A DNA stretch of 64,000 nt, from NCBI GenBank assembly GCA_965205015.1, contig OZ242029.1:5088001-5152000 (forward strand). Reading direction: 5' to 3'. Position 1 is the stretch's first letter. Each line of letters starts with the position of its first letter. Both the position numbers and the translations under genes were made by a program. Shown one piece after another: positions 31,963 to 43,277 of the stretch. Under the pieces are notes generated by a model that was not told the DNA's origin, searched no databases, and was given only the letters and a program-made list of their open reading frames with translations. This stretch comes from Candidatus Poribacteria bacterium (GTDB lineage: Bacteria; Poribacteria; WGA-4E; WGA-3G).

Positions 31963-32523
31963 ATGTTAGCCGAGTTGCTTCGGAAAAGCATTCATTTGTC
32001 AGGGCTTATCCTACCGGTTATCTATCTGTTTTTGGATCAACAGACGATGTTGATCTTCATCGGAATACTGACCGGGTTGGCACTTATTGTGGAATTGATG
32101 AAGTGGCTCTTTCCTCCTTTCGGTGCGTTCTTTTTCCGGATGTTTGCTTTCCTGCTCCGCACACATGAACGCAAAGGCGCCGTGACAGGTGCCACCTACT
32201 ATCTCATCAGTGCTTTCTTGTGCATTTTCTTTTTCGCCAAGACGCTTGCGATCGTTTGCATTTTCTTCATGATATTGGGAGATCTGGCAGCCGCATTGGT
32301 GGGAAAAATGTGGGGTAGGACGAAACTCTTGGGGAAAAAGAGTTTAGAAGGCAGTGTCGCCTGCTTCGTTGTGTGTGTATTGATTGCCTTAGTGACGTTG
32401 AATCCTGTTATCGCCCTCATTGGCGCCTTCGTCGCTACAATTGTGGAACTCATTCCCTCCCCGATCGACGACAACCTCACGGTGCCACTCGTTTCCGGTG
32501 CTGTGATGCACTTTTTAATGTAA
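31963..32523 (+). CDS. Diacylglycerol/polyprenol kinase family (SEC59/DGK1/VTE5)
   Basis: RKSIH, GDLAAALVG, KKSLEGS and DDNLTVP motifs. Confidence 0.85.
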   Translation: MLAELLRKSIHLSGLILPVIYLFLDQQTMLIFIGILTGLALIVELMKWLFPPFGAFFFRMFAFLLRTHERKGAVTGATYYLISAFLCIFFFAKTLAIVCIFFMILGDLAAALVGKMWGRTKLLGKKSLEGSVACFVVCVLIALVTLNPVIALIGAFVATIVELIPSPIDDNLTVPLVSGAVMHFLM

Positions 32524-32534
32524 AATAGCGGAAT

Positions 32535-32684
32535 CGTCATCGGTTGTCGGTAACAAGAGGTGTTCGTTAAACAGGGAGAATCCGAAGAAGTCTGCAAAAA
32601 TCCGCAGCACTACCCAAGCAATACGCGGAAATGCCTCGGCAAACACCCTCTTAACTGATAGTCGATAACTGAAAACTGACAACC
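32535..32684. repeat. Heptamer-arm hairpin element
   Basis: GTCATCGGTTGTCGGT...CTGATAGTCGATAACTGAAAACTGACAACC. Relatives at 3915-4100 and 28801-28868. Confidence 0.6.
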
Positions 32685-32690
32685 CATATT

Positions 32691-33815
32691 ATGGCCTACA
32701 TCAAACTTGAGAATATTGTAAAACGCTACGGTGATGTCGTGGCGGTTAGGGATTTCAATCTGGAGGTTGCGGACAAAGAGTTCGTGGTTTTTCTGGGACC
32801 CTCTGGATGTGGCAAAACCACAACGCTCCGTCTCATCGCAGGTTTAGAGGATCCTGAAGAGGGTGATATCTTCATCGATGGACAGCGGGTCAACGATCTC
32901 TCCCCCGCCGATCGTGACATTGCCTTTGTCTTTCAATTCTATGCCCTCTACCCCCATCTGAACGTCTACGATAACATCGCTTTTCCACTCAAAGCCGTGA
33001 AGCTCTTGAAATCGGAGATTGACGCCCAAGTTAAACGGGTGTCGGGAATCTTACAGATCTCCGATATACTCAATCGGAAGCCGAGTGTCCTCAGCGGTGG
33101 CGAGATGCAACGTGTTGCGCTCGGGCGCGCCATGGTGCGCCAGCCAAAGGTTTATCTCCTTGATGAACCTATGGCGAATTTAGACGCGAAGATTCGCGTT
33201 GACACCCGCGCCGAAATTAAGCGGCTCCAACGCGAAATCGGGGCAACGACCCTCTTTGTAACGCACGATCAGGTGGAAGCCATGTCCCTCGCCGATAGGA
33301 TCGCTGTTATCCACGAAGGGGTGCTGCAGCAAATTGGTACACCGCATGAAATCTACAACAAGCCCCAGAGCCTCTTTGTGGCGGGATTTATGGGCATGCC
33401 GACGATGAATCTCCTGGATGCAGAGGTCACCGTGCGGGGAGGCGAATCCGTTCTACGGTTGTGTCACACCGATGTCTATTTTCGCCTCTCTCCGGAACGA
33501 CAAGCAAATATCACTTCGGGTGCGATGGAAAACGGTTTGGTATTCGGCATTCGTCCGGAACATATTACAGCGATGGGTCAGTCGGGGGAAGGAACGATTC
33601 CTGCTGATGTGCATCTCGTTGAACCGCTCGGTCCGGTCAATATCCTTGACATCCGTCTCGGCACACATTCAGAGACACAAGAATCTATTCTGCTTCGGGT
33701 TAGGACGCATCCAACTTTTCAGGTTACGGCTGGGGGCACCGTCTGGTTAAAATTCGACGAAGGAGAGATGCATCTCTTTGACCGAGAAACCGAGCAAGCC
33801 GTCTGGGGAAAGTAG
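32691..33815 (+). CDS. Sugar ABC transporter ATP-binding protein (MalK/MsmX-like)
   Basis: GPSGCGKTT, LSGGEMQR, LDEP and VTHDQ motifs, TOBE-like tail. Confidence 0.92.
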   Translation: MAYIKLENIVKRYGDVVAVRDFNLEVADKEFVVFLGPSGCGKTTTLRLIAGLEDPEEGDIFIDGQRVNDLSPADRDIAFVFQFYALYPHLNVYDNIAFPLKAVKLLKSEIDAQVKRVSGILQISDILNRKPSVLSGGEMQRVALGRAMVRQPKVYLLDEPMANLDAKIRVDTRAEIKRLQREIGATTLFVTHDQVEAMSLADRIAVIHEGVLQQIGTPHEIYNKPQSLFVAGFMGMPTMNLLDAEVTVRGGESVLRLCHTDVYFRLSPERQANITSGAMENGLVFGIRPEHITAMGQSGEGTIPADVHLVEPLGPVNILDIRLGTHSETQESILLRVRTHPTFQVTAGGTVWLKFDEGEMHLFDRETEQAVWGK

Positions 33816-33906
33816 GTATCAGGCGTCAGAAAAGGTTCCTCAAACGCGTAGAATTCGTTAGTAGCAACTTAGGTTAAGAGACTAAAGATGAAGGAAAGAT
33901 AATACG

Positions 33907-34707
33907 ATGAAAATACCGTGTCGTTTAGCGGCTTTTGACTTGGATGGAACACTCCTCAATAGTGAACACACGCTCTCACGAAAAAACCGGGATGCGTTGC
34001 GGGAGCTCGCCGCAAAAGATATTCTTGTGGTGTTGGTCTCTGGGAGGATGCACCGGTCTATCAAGCCGATCAGCGATCAGATCGGTCTTGAAAACCCGAT
34101 TATCTCTTACAATGGCGGGATGGTACAACACGCGACGACGGGTGAGGTGTATCATCATACACCCGTTCCAACCGACTTTGCGATGGCGGTCGTCGGGGAC
34201 TGCGTTGCACAGAATTTGCATCTCAACTTCTGTTTGAATGACGAACTTTACGTCGCTGAACGCAACGCATGGAGCGATCTCTACGAGGCGCGAACAGGCG
34301 TTCCTGCTACACCTGTAGGCGACCTACGCGAGTTAGCTGGAGAAACACCCACAAAGTTGCTCATCATCCATACGCCCGAAAAATTAAAACCGCTCTTAGA
34401 CGATTTTCAAACCAATTATGCGGAGCAGCTTTACGTCACGCAGACCCAAGCAGAATATATTGAATTTATGAATCCGGCGGTTGCTAAGGGACGCGCGCTA
34501 ACAGCGCTCGCTCATCAATTTGACATTCCGATGGAGACAGTCGTTGCTTTCGGTGACAGTTACAATGATGAAAGTTTACTCAAGACAGCGGGGTTCGGCA
34601 TCGCAATGGCAAACGCAGTGCCACCGATCCGTGAGTGTGCCGATCATATTACGACGACGAATGACGAGAATGGTGTCGCCAAAGCGATTTGGGAATTAAT
34701 TCTCTGA
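33907..34707 (+). CDS. Cof-type HAD-IIB hydrolase
   Basis: DLDGTLL, SGR, FGDSYND and AMANA motifs. Confidence 0.92.
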   Translation: MKIPCRLAAFDLDGTLLNSEHTLSRKNRDALRELAAKDILVVLVSGRMHRSIKPISDQIGLENPIISYNGGMVQHATTGEVYHHTPVPTDFAMAVVGDCVAQNLHLNFCLNDELYVAERNAWSDLYEARTGVPATPVGDLRELAGETPTKLLIIHTPEKLKPLLDDFQTNYAEQLYVTQTQAEYIEFMNPAVAKGRALTALAHQFDIPMETVVAFGDSYNDESLLKTAGFGIAMANAVPPIRECADHITTTNDENGVAKAIWELIL

Positions 34708-34782
34708 AGCATTGCACAGGGTTCCCGGTAGGCGGGAACTCCGATTCCCGACGCTCGAGTTGGGTAACGACTTTGTTGGCGA

Positions 34783-35055
34783 TTATTGTCTTGCATTGAC
34801 ATCATGAAACTTTTTGTAGGGAATATCCGCAACGAGTACGTACGAGTTTCCTTCCTGTTTCAAAGACATCCGAACGGAGTTAACGGAAAATTCAAAATAC
34901 TTTGCCAGCACTTCTGCTAACTCATGATGTAACCTTGTCATAAAGCGGTCATCTACATCAAGTCGGTCTTGTGTAATGACGAGTTTCAGGCGTTGCTTGG
35001 CGATGCTACTCGACTTCGGCTTGCGCCCAAATAACCGTTTTATACTGATGTTCAT
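34783..35055 (-). CDS. minE: Cell division topological specificity factor
   Basis: SSSIAKQRLKLVI..DR motif, downstream of minD. Confidence 0.9.
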   Translation of the reverse strand: MNISIKRLFGRKPKSSSIAKQRLKLVITQDRLDVDDRFMTRLHHELAEVLAKYFEFSVNSVRMSLKQEGNSYVLVADIPYKKFHDVNARQ

Positions 35056-35066
35056 CGGGGAACTCC

Positions 35067-35861
35067 TTATCTATTTCGGGTGAACCAATTAACGATATTT
35101 GATAGAAAGCCTTTCTGCTCTAAGTCCGGTATCGGGATTCGCTGTCCGGTGAGTCGGCGTGCGATGCGCATATAAGCCTGCGAGCCGGGGGAAGTGTCTT
35201 CGTACACTAAAGGGATCCCTCGGTTGGTAGAAGTAATCACACCGGTGTCTTCAGGAACAATACCGATCAAGTCAATGTTGAGGATATCCAATACATCCTC
35301 TTGGTCCATCATGCTCCCATTTCCGACGAGTTGCGGCGAGAAGCGGTTTAGGATGAGGCTGATCGGTTCAATACCTGCGTGTTGCAGTAACCCGATAATC
35401 CGGTCGGCATCCCGGATTGCGGAGACGTCTGGTGTCGTAACAACGACGGCTTCATCCGCCCCAGCGGAAGCATTTCTGAAGCCACGCTCAATGCCTGCTG
35501 GCGAGTCAATCAACACAAAATCGTGTGCTGTCTTTAAATTGTCACAAATTGCTTTCATCTGCTCGGGTTGCATATCGTCCTTATTGTTTTTCTGGGATGC
35601 TGCCAGCAGTGTCAGCCCGTCAACACGTCGATCTTTCACGAGTGCTTTGCTGAGTTCGCACTGTTTGTCAATGACGTCCATTGAGGTGTAGACGACCCGA
35701 CTCTCAAGTCCCATCACGATATCGAGGTTCCGAAGCCCGACATCTGCGTCAACAACTACAACCGTTTTGCCAAGAAGGGCGAGTGCTGTACCTAAATTGG
35801 CGGTAGAGGTTGTTTTGCCAACGCCGCCTTTTCCTGACGTTACTACAATTACTTTTCCCAT
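35067..35861 (-). CDS. minD: Septum site-determining ATPase
   Basis: TSGKGGVGKTT, GLRNLD, DSPAGIE and RDADRIIG motifs. Confidence 0.97.
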   Translation of the reverse strand: MGKVIVVTSGKGGVGKTTSTANLGTALALLGKTVVVVDADVGLRNLDIVMGLESRVVYTSMDVIDKQCELSKALVKDRRVDGLTLLAASQKNNKDDMQPEQMKAICDNLKTAHDFVLIDSPAGIERGFRNASAGADEAVVVTTPDVSAIRDADRIIGLLQHAGIEPISLILNRFSPQLVGNGSMMDQEDVLDILNIDLIGIVPEDTGVITSTNRGIPLVYEDTSPGSQAYMRIARRLTGQRIPIPDLEQKGFLSNIVNWFTRNR

Positions 35862-35879
35862 AACCGGAAACCTCCTATC

Positions 35880-36551
35880 TTAAAACTTAACAAATTTTTC
35901 AATGATAACGACATCTTCTGCCCCGATGCGCGCGATTTCTGGATACCCTCGGGATTTTTGATTCGTGAGTCGGTGACTGTTGAAGTCACCAATTTGAAGT
36001 TGGACAGGCACTAAATCCATGGCGATAATTACAGACGAAAGCCTGCCATTGATGCCAGCGTGGGCATTCCCGCGCAACGCGCCGAGGACAACTATATCTC
36101 CCCCTGCTCTGACTTCGCCCCCTGAATTAACATCGCCGTAGATGACGAGACTGCCTTGTGGGAAATCTTCTGTCTGTCCTGAGCGAATTGTATGCGGTAT
36201 AATCCTTGAAGGTTCACTATCGCGGCTGTTCTGGGTGTCCGTTCTTTGCGGAAGGGCGTGCGTCGTTGGCGCGGCGGCGATAGGCGGCGGGGCCTGTTCA
36301 TCAACAGTTTCAATGTTCCGTACCTTCAGTTTGTAAGTCTGTTGAAGTTTAGACTTTAAATGCGCCATCTCCTCTTCTTTGAGAATTGGACACTTCAGAT
36401 CAATCTGCACAGATGCCCCAGTTAGGGATTGATTCATCCGGGAGATTTCCTGTTCAATCCCTGCTTCGACGTCCGCGATGGACAGATGGGGCCTGATAAT
36501 CAGGTGTAAGCCATCCCTATACGCTCTGAGAACTACAATAGAGTTTGCCAT
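35880..36551 (-). CDS. minC: Septum site-determining protein
   Basis: TIRSGQ...GDVNSGGEV.AGG..VVLGALRG.AHAG. Confidence 0.9.
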   Translation of the reverse strand: MANSIVVLRAYRDGLHLIIRPHLSIADVEAGIEQEISRMNQSLTGASVQIDLKCPILKEEEMAHLKSKLQQTYKLKVRNIETVDEQAPPPIAAAPTTHALPQRTDTQNSRDSEPSRIIPHTIRSGQTEDFPQGSLVIYGDVNSGGEVRAGGDIVVLGALRGNAHAGINGRLSSVIIAMDLVPVQLQIGDFNSHRLTNQKSRGYPEIARIGAEDVVIIEKFVKF

Positions 36552-36615
36552 TTTTTCTCTACAGAGATTTCACCCCTACGGGGTTCAGTTCCTGCTGACT
36601 GTTGGTTGCTGAGTG

Positions 36616-37890
36616 CTATTCTACCAACTGTGCCAAAACGTAAGGTCCCTCAGGGATCACTGCGATTTGGGCATCTGCCCCGTATCGGGTTAGAATTTCT
36701 TCGATACCTTCCTGTGCCTGTTTCAATGGATGCACGAATAACTTTACACGTTGATGATACGGAATGCCATCGGTGTAAAAATAGATATCTGCCTTCCTTG
36801 CGACCTTCGCTAATTCTTCTAATTGCCACTGATCGATGACAAAGTTCGCTGGGTTGTAAAGTCCTTGCACAAATGCGGTTAAGTCATCGGTTTTGAATAT
36901 TAGGTCTGTAAAGGGTTTACTACCGATCCCTTCACTACATGCGGCGACGAGCAGGATACTGCCGCCCTGCTTGACAATCTCAACGGCGGTCAGTAAACCT
37001 TTGATGGCTTGATAGAACGTTGCATCTAAAGGGTAACCTGCGCTGGAAACAACGACGGCATCCGCTGCTGTGGGTAACGTAACCTTGGCGTGTTTCTCGA
37101 CAAACTTCGCGCCGACACGGTGAGATTCAACCATGTCGCCTGCGAAAATACCAGTGATCTGACGCTCCTTGTCAATGGCGACGTTCAGATTGAAATCAGC
37201 CCCCGCCATCACTGCGATTTCTGTGGCTTCTATATGAAACGGATTGCCTTCCAAGATACCCACGGCAGATTTTGGGTGTTCCATGAGTTCGGGACCGTGC
37301 ATCACCTTCATTGTCTCGATGGAGGCGATTCCTGGACAGATAGCCTTTCTACCGCCGGAGTAGCCTGCCATTAGGTGTGGCTCAATGAGACCGGTGATGA
37401 TTTTCAAATCCGCTTCGAGATACGTTTTATCGATGTGGACAGGGGTGCCGTTCTGGGTTGTGCCTAAATATGTGTGGGTCTCTATTTTCTGCGAAAAATG
37501 GTTGACGATGCGATACCGCTCCATGATGTGGCGTCCGACCATTATTTCGAGTTCTTCGGCGTTATTCGGGCGATGGATACCCGTCGCAATGAGGATCGTT
37601 ATTTTCTCGTGTGGAATACCAGTCTGTTCGAGGGTTTCCAGTAGTGGAGGGAGAATCACTTTGTTCGGCACAGGGCGGGTTATGTCAGAGATCACAATGC
37701 ATGCCGACTCGCGCCCTTTTGCAAGCTCAGCCAAGGGAGGTGAGGCGATAGGCTGAGCGAGTGCCTCTTGTACGGCGCTATCCCCATCGGGCAGCGGAAC
37801 GCTTTCCGAAATTTCAAGAACCCCGGCTACATTCTTGTCGGGAATCTCAATCGGTAGTGTTCCGGTCCCGTATCTCATTTCGAGTCGCAT
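36616..37890 (-). CDS. larA: LarA-family nickel-pincer-dependent racemase/epimerase
   Basis: SDITRPVP, ATGIHR, EPHLMAGYSGGRK and YQAIK motifs. Substrate not determinable. Confidence 0.85.
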   Translation of the reverse strand: MRLEMRYGTGTLPIEIPDKNVAGVLEISESVPLPDGDSAVQEALAQPIASPPLAELAKGRESACIVISDITRPVPNKVILPPLLETLEQTGIPHEKITILIATGIHRPNNAEELEIMVGRHIMERYRIVNHFSQKIETHTYLGTTQNGTPVHIDKTYLEADLKIITGLIEPHLMAGYSGGRKAICPGIASIETMKVMHGPELMEHPKSAVGILEGNPFHIEATEIAVMAGADFNLNVAIDKERQITGIFAGDMVESHRVGAKFVEKHAKVTLPTAADAVVVSSAGYPLDATFYQAIKGLLTAVEIVKQGGSILLVAACSEGIGSKPFTDLIFKTDDLTAFVQGLYNPANFVIDQWQLEELAKVARKADIYFYTDGIPYHQRVKLFVHPLKQAQEGIEEILTRYGADAQIAVIPEGPYVLAQLVE

Positions 37891-38276
37891 ATTGAAATTT
37901 CCCTTCAGATTGGCGAAATAGGGTGCTGAAACTGGCACGCCACTTGTGCAGTAGGTAAACTAATCCCTCTACGTATTATAACGTTTTTTCATAAAAAATG
38001 CAAATTTTTTTTTATGTTTCTATTTTTGTAAGAAGAATTTTAGAAATATCTCTCGCTGTGAGGCAATTTTAAGGGAGCAAACCTGACTTTCCTGCGGGTG
38101 AACTTTCCCAATCCTGCCTTCTACCGGCTGATTGCTGACCGCTGACGGCTATAAAATTCTTGACTTTTTTGGGGCGATATGTTAGAATCTATAAATAAGG
38201 CTTTACCCATCTCACCGGGAAATTCTCAAAACGGATTGCGGGCAAAAATCTATAAATAGAACGGAGTGAGACTGAT

Positions 38277-38657
38277 ATGCATCGCATTGAAGTTACCACC
38301 AAACCCAACGGCGCGGGACGGAATTGGTTGGAAGTTGGACATTTTGAAACAGATGCACTGGATCGCAAACAGTGGATTAAAAAGAACGTGCCGCATCAGG
38401 AATCAAAGTTAACCGTTGATAGGCAATACTCCCCCCGCGGTGAAACGATTGATTGGATCGTTATTATTCCTGAGAACTATCCGTTCACGCTCGTCAAAGT
38501 TAACTACGACCGCCTCAATCCCAAGGAACTTGAAGTGCTTTGGGATCCAGAGGGCACCGCCCAGTCCGGTGCAGCCCGTGAAGAAAAAATTAAGCGCATT
38601 TTTGAACTCGCCGCCGGCAATGATGAACTCACCGAATTGCTGAAGGAGATCCTCTAA
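38277..38657 (+). CDS. Hypothetical protein
   Basis: 126-aa ORF with SD GGAG and a TTGACT..TAGAAT promoter-like sequence upstream. Confidence 0.65.
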   Translation: MHRIEVTTKPNGAGRNWLEVGHFETDALDRKQWIKKNVPHQESKLTVDRQYSPRGETIDWIVIIPENYPFTLVKVNYDRLNPKELEVLWDPEGTAQSGAAREEKIKRIFELAAGNDELTELLKEIL

Positions 38658-38768
38658 GCATATCAATAGTTTTGAAGTTTGCGAGATTTTAGAACACTTT
38701 AAACTTTCTAAAGGAACGCATCTGATAGTTCTAACGCACGTCCTTTCTCCGCAAGGTAAAATTAAAAA

Positions 38769-40169
38769 TTACCATCCGTACCGCTCGGGTCCCCACGGTT
38801 TCGATACCAATTCCTGTTTCGCCATGATCAGCGTTTTACTCGGTACATCCTCGTATAGGATGACGCCCGGTCCTACGACGCTATAGGATCCGATACGTCT
38901 CCCGGGCATGAGAATTGCATTCACCCCGGTCCGACAGTAGTCTCCCATATAGGTCGCGTTTGCGCCGTAAGGCGGCACTTCGTAACGTCCTTCCACCCGC
39001 ATCGGTGTGTCCCCATCATCGAATCGGAGGGTCCCACATACCGTCGCTGCACCGATATCGGTGGCGCATCCGAAAACACCCGACATTTCACAGTAGTGGT
39101 AGAGATAGACCTTATCGAACAGCACCCCCGCCATCTCAGCACCGTGACCGATGATACACCGATTTCCAATGGCAGTGCTGCCGACATCGCAGTAATCGCT
39201 AATCCTGCACTGATCGCCAACGAAGATATTTCCGTGTAAGATCGCACCGTTTGTGATGTTATTGTTCGCACCTGCGATGAGCGTCCCGTTGATAACGACG
39301 CGCGGTCCAATGACAGAGTTTTTCCCCAGCACGACGTGTCCATTAATTTCAGCGGCATCTGAGATTTTCGCACCCGCCGCGATGCGGTCTTCTGTGACGT
39401 GTGTGGCGAGGTAATCCACCAACCGGTTGTTTGCTTCGAGTACATGCCACGGCTTATCGACATCCACAAGAAATCCTTCTGTCTGAACCGCCAACACCTC
39501 TCTATCCTCGTCAACCATGAGTTGCATGGATTGCGCAATTTCGGATTCCGGGGGTGGCATGCCACCGACAGGCACCCTTGTAACGATTCCAGGGTTCCTT
39601 AAGAGGTAAGGGACGGCTGTAGGTGCCAGGGCGTAGACACCACAGAGCCGGTATGACCCCCCGCGTGGGTGTCCCTCAATACCGGTAAGTTTTGTGACGC
39701 TTTTGCCTTCTGTCTCCTTTGTGGCGATACTGCCACAGAGCCAGTCGCTGGCGTCTTCGTTACCGAGCGGTTGGACCAGTGCCGCCGCTTCCACAGTGTG
39801 GGTACAAAATTCGCTAATGACGTTGCGGAAGGTGTCGGGTGTGGTTACAATGTCCCCGTAAACCACGAGGAAGGGTTCATCTTCGACATGCGTTAGTGCG
39901 CTCAACACAGCACTCGCAGTGCCGTCGATTGGGTGTTGTGTGACGAAAACGACGTTGGGTATATCGGCAAGGACACCACGCACCTGTTGCGCGTAGTGTC
40001 CCACGACAACGACGATCCGTTCGCATCCGACTTCAATCAAATTCTCTACGACTCGTCGAACGATTGGGGTATTGGCGACCGGGAGTGTGCATTTCTGTCG
40101 AAATTCCCCGTAGGGCCACACCTTACGTCCGAGTCCTGCGGCGAGTACAATCGCCGTTTTTATTTTCAT
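38769..40169 (-). CDS. Sugar-phosphate nucleotidyltransferase with hexapeptide-repeat domain (GlmU-like)
   Basis: AIVLAAGLG, YGD and DVDKPW motifs, left-handed beta-helix repeats. Confidence 0.8.
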   Translation of the reverse strand: MKIKTAIVLAAGLGRKVWPYGEFRQKCTLPVANTPIVRRVVENLIEVGCERIVVVVGHYAQQVRGVLADIPNVVFVTQHPIDGTASAVLSALTHVEDEPFLVVYGDIVTTPDTFRNVISEFCTHTVEAAALVQPLGNEDASDWLCGSIATKETEGKSVTKLTGIEGHPRGGSYRLCGVYALAPTAVPYLLRNPGIVTRVPVGGMPPPESEIAQSMQLMVDEDREVLAVQTEGFLVDVDKPWHVLEANNRLVDYLATHVTEDRIAAGAKISDAAEINGHVVLGKNSVIGPRVVINGTLIAGANNNITNGAILHGNIFVGDQCRISDYCDVGSTAIGNRCIIGHGAEMAGVLFDKVYLYHYCEMSGVFGCATDIGAATVCGTLRFDDGDTPMRVEGRYEVPPYGANATYMGDYCRTGVNAILMPGRRIGSYSVVGPGVILYEDVPSKTLIMAKQELVSKPWGPERYGW

Positions 40170-40171
40170 CT

Positions 40172-41159
<988 letters not shown>

Positions 41160-41193
41160 CAGAAACTCCTGTGTTAGGTTTATTAATATCCTA

Positions 41194-41371
41194 ACATTTT
41201 TAAGAAAGAAAAGATATAGAAAAAAGGGGTAGCGTTAGGGTCATTTAGTTTTAAGAATTTATTTGAGAGTTTTCACCTTTTTTTCCAATATGGCGAGGTT
41301 AGGAAACCTCGCCAGCGGGGTTTGAGGGGACATTTTTAAGAAAGAAAAGATATAGAAAAAAGGGGTAGCGT
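41194..41371. repeat. 42-bp direct repeat (41194-41235, 41330-41371) flanking a REP hairpin
   Basis: ACATTTTTAAGAAAGAAAAGATATAGAAAAAAGGGGTAGCGT occurs twice. Confidence 0.85.
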
Positions 41372-41771
41372 CCTTCGGTAAATACCCCAACTTCCTTGTC
41401 ACGGGCAATCGGGAATCAGAGTTCCCTGCTACAAAGGGGGTGTCAGCGGTTATCCGTCGGTAGCGTGCCGATATGGGAATTTCACAGTAAGCATTTTGAA
41501 AAGGGTCTTTGTAACCCTCGATAAACGTAGTTGTGGTGTGGGGTTAGCGCCTCTTGGAGAACATTTCATTTTTGGGTGTTTACTGTGAAATTTTAAAATT
41601 GGGGGTTTGGATTAACCTTTGAAAACCCAGTCACAGTATGGGTTTATCGCCTGTCTGGAAAATTAGTGTTTTTTAGGGTTACTGTGAAACTATTGTTTTG
41701 TTTTATTAAATATAACATATTAGTATTTATGTGTATGCTAAGGTGGGTTCGATAGGAGTGTGTAAAAAAAG

Positions 41772-41844
41772 TTGTCTTTGATGTTTTTTTATGGTATACT
41801 TATATAGATATACATTTATAGATATACATTTATAGATATACATT
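41772..41844 (+). promoter_or_regulatory. Promoter followed by three tandem 14-bp repeats
   Basis: TTGTCT-N17-TATACT (extended -10), then (TATAGATATACATT)x3 at 41803-41844. Confidence 0.7.
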
Positions 41845-41984
41845 ATTTTTATTAAGTTTTTCTGTCATAAGTTTGATGTTTGTTGGATGTGCTATACTTA
41901 CCTGTGTTGTGATCTATGGAACAGTCGAGCGTTCGGTTCCGTCGGGTGGGTCTATAGTCGATTTCATAGAAATGGAGGGAAACA

Positions 41985-42926
41985 GTGGATACTACAAAGA
42001 CTCGGAAAACCGCGTTCCAAGAGGCGCTCCTTGACGAGTTTCCAGAAGCGGAAGCGTACTGGGAATGCCAAGCGGAATTGGCGGAATTGTTCGGTACCTT
42101 GACGGGTGATGAGCTCGTGTTGTCAGTTATGGAACGGGTTCATCGCTTTGCATGTGAGGAAATGGGATGGTCAATTGAGATGGATTTTGAGGAGGCAGAC
42201 TGCGGCGAGCTCAGATTCGCTGGGGATCGGATCCGCGAGGTATTGATGGAACGGATTGCGGGTTTTATCACGGATGAACACCGTGTGTCTATCATCTACC
42301 ATCATGCGCGAGGGCTCTCTACTGCTGAGGCGGTTTCTGCATTGATTCGGGAGGATAGGACCATGCATCGGTTGGCACAGGAGGATGCGATTGGTGAGAA
42401 GGAACTCCGCGAACTATTGATTTCACGATTGGCTTATCTCAAACCGGGAACGGCTCGGTGGCCTGAAAAGAAATATGGGGATTTATGGCGCGAGGCTCGG
42501 GAAGCGTATAAACAGGAGATACGTGGTATACCGTTGACTTCTCCAGTGGAGCGGATGGCGTTGTTAGCCAAGCATGCTGAGCGTATTAACTCTGCCTTGG
42601 ATAAGAAAAAGTACTCCGTGCAGGATTTCCAATCGTTGACGCATTCGCTCACGAAGACCTTGGAGAGTTTAGAGAAGTTGTCAGGGGTTGAAGAGCAGGT
42701 GTCGATGGATTTGTCTACACCGCAGTTTATGGCGGTCCTGGAGCGGTTGACGGTTGCGTTGGAAACCCCTGAGCAGCGGATCGCGCTCTCCGGTGATACC
42801 GACGCACTTATTGGGGGGCTGGAACGGTTGACGCTTGCCCTGAAATCTTCGGACCAGAAGGCGCTCGCGAGTGAAGTTGAGGACGTTCCGGCGGATGCTG
42901 GGATTGAGGATGCCAATTCCGATTGA
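41985..42926 (+). CDS. DUF2280-like domain protein (phage-related)
   Basis: KKYGDLWREAREAY..EIRGIPL....R..LL resembles DUF2280 by recollection. SD GGAGG, GTG start. Confidence 0.55.
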   Translation: MDTTKTRKTAFQEALLDEFPEAEAYWECQAELAELFGTLTGDELVLSVMERVHRFACEEMGWSIEMDFEEADCGELRFAGDRIREVLMERIAGFITDEHRVSIIYHHARGLSTAEAVSALIREDRTMHRLAQEDAIGEKELRELLISRLAYLKPGTARWPEKKYGDLWREAREAYKQEIRGIPLTSPVERMALLAKHAERINSALDKKKYSVQDFQSLTHSLTKTLESLEKLSGVEEQVSMDLSTPQFMAVLERLTVALETPEQRIALSGDTDALIGGLERLTLALKSSDQKALASEVEDVPADAGIEDANSD

Positions 42927-43277
42927 CTTAGACTTGCTTTCGTCAGGACTGTGATTTATGGGATTCAATGCGTTATGGAATTATGGGGGTTGGTGTGGAT
43001 TGGATGGATTTGATTTTTTTGTTAGAATCTGTTATTATTTTAACGTGAGTTTGATATGAAACGCGTCGGTTGGGTTGCAGGGAAATCTACGGAAAATTCC
43101 GCAGAGAAGATAACTTTCGAGTCAGCCACACATTTGAAATCACCAAAATACCAGTGAAACCCAACATTTTTTATGGAACGCGTATTAAAGATTGGTATGG
43201 TAAAATGGGTGCAGTTTATCTATTTAACGCGAAACTCACGTAAAAGTGAGATTCATTTCTTTAGGAGATTAAACAAT

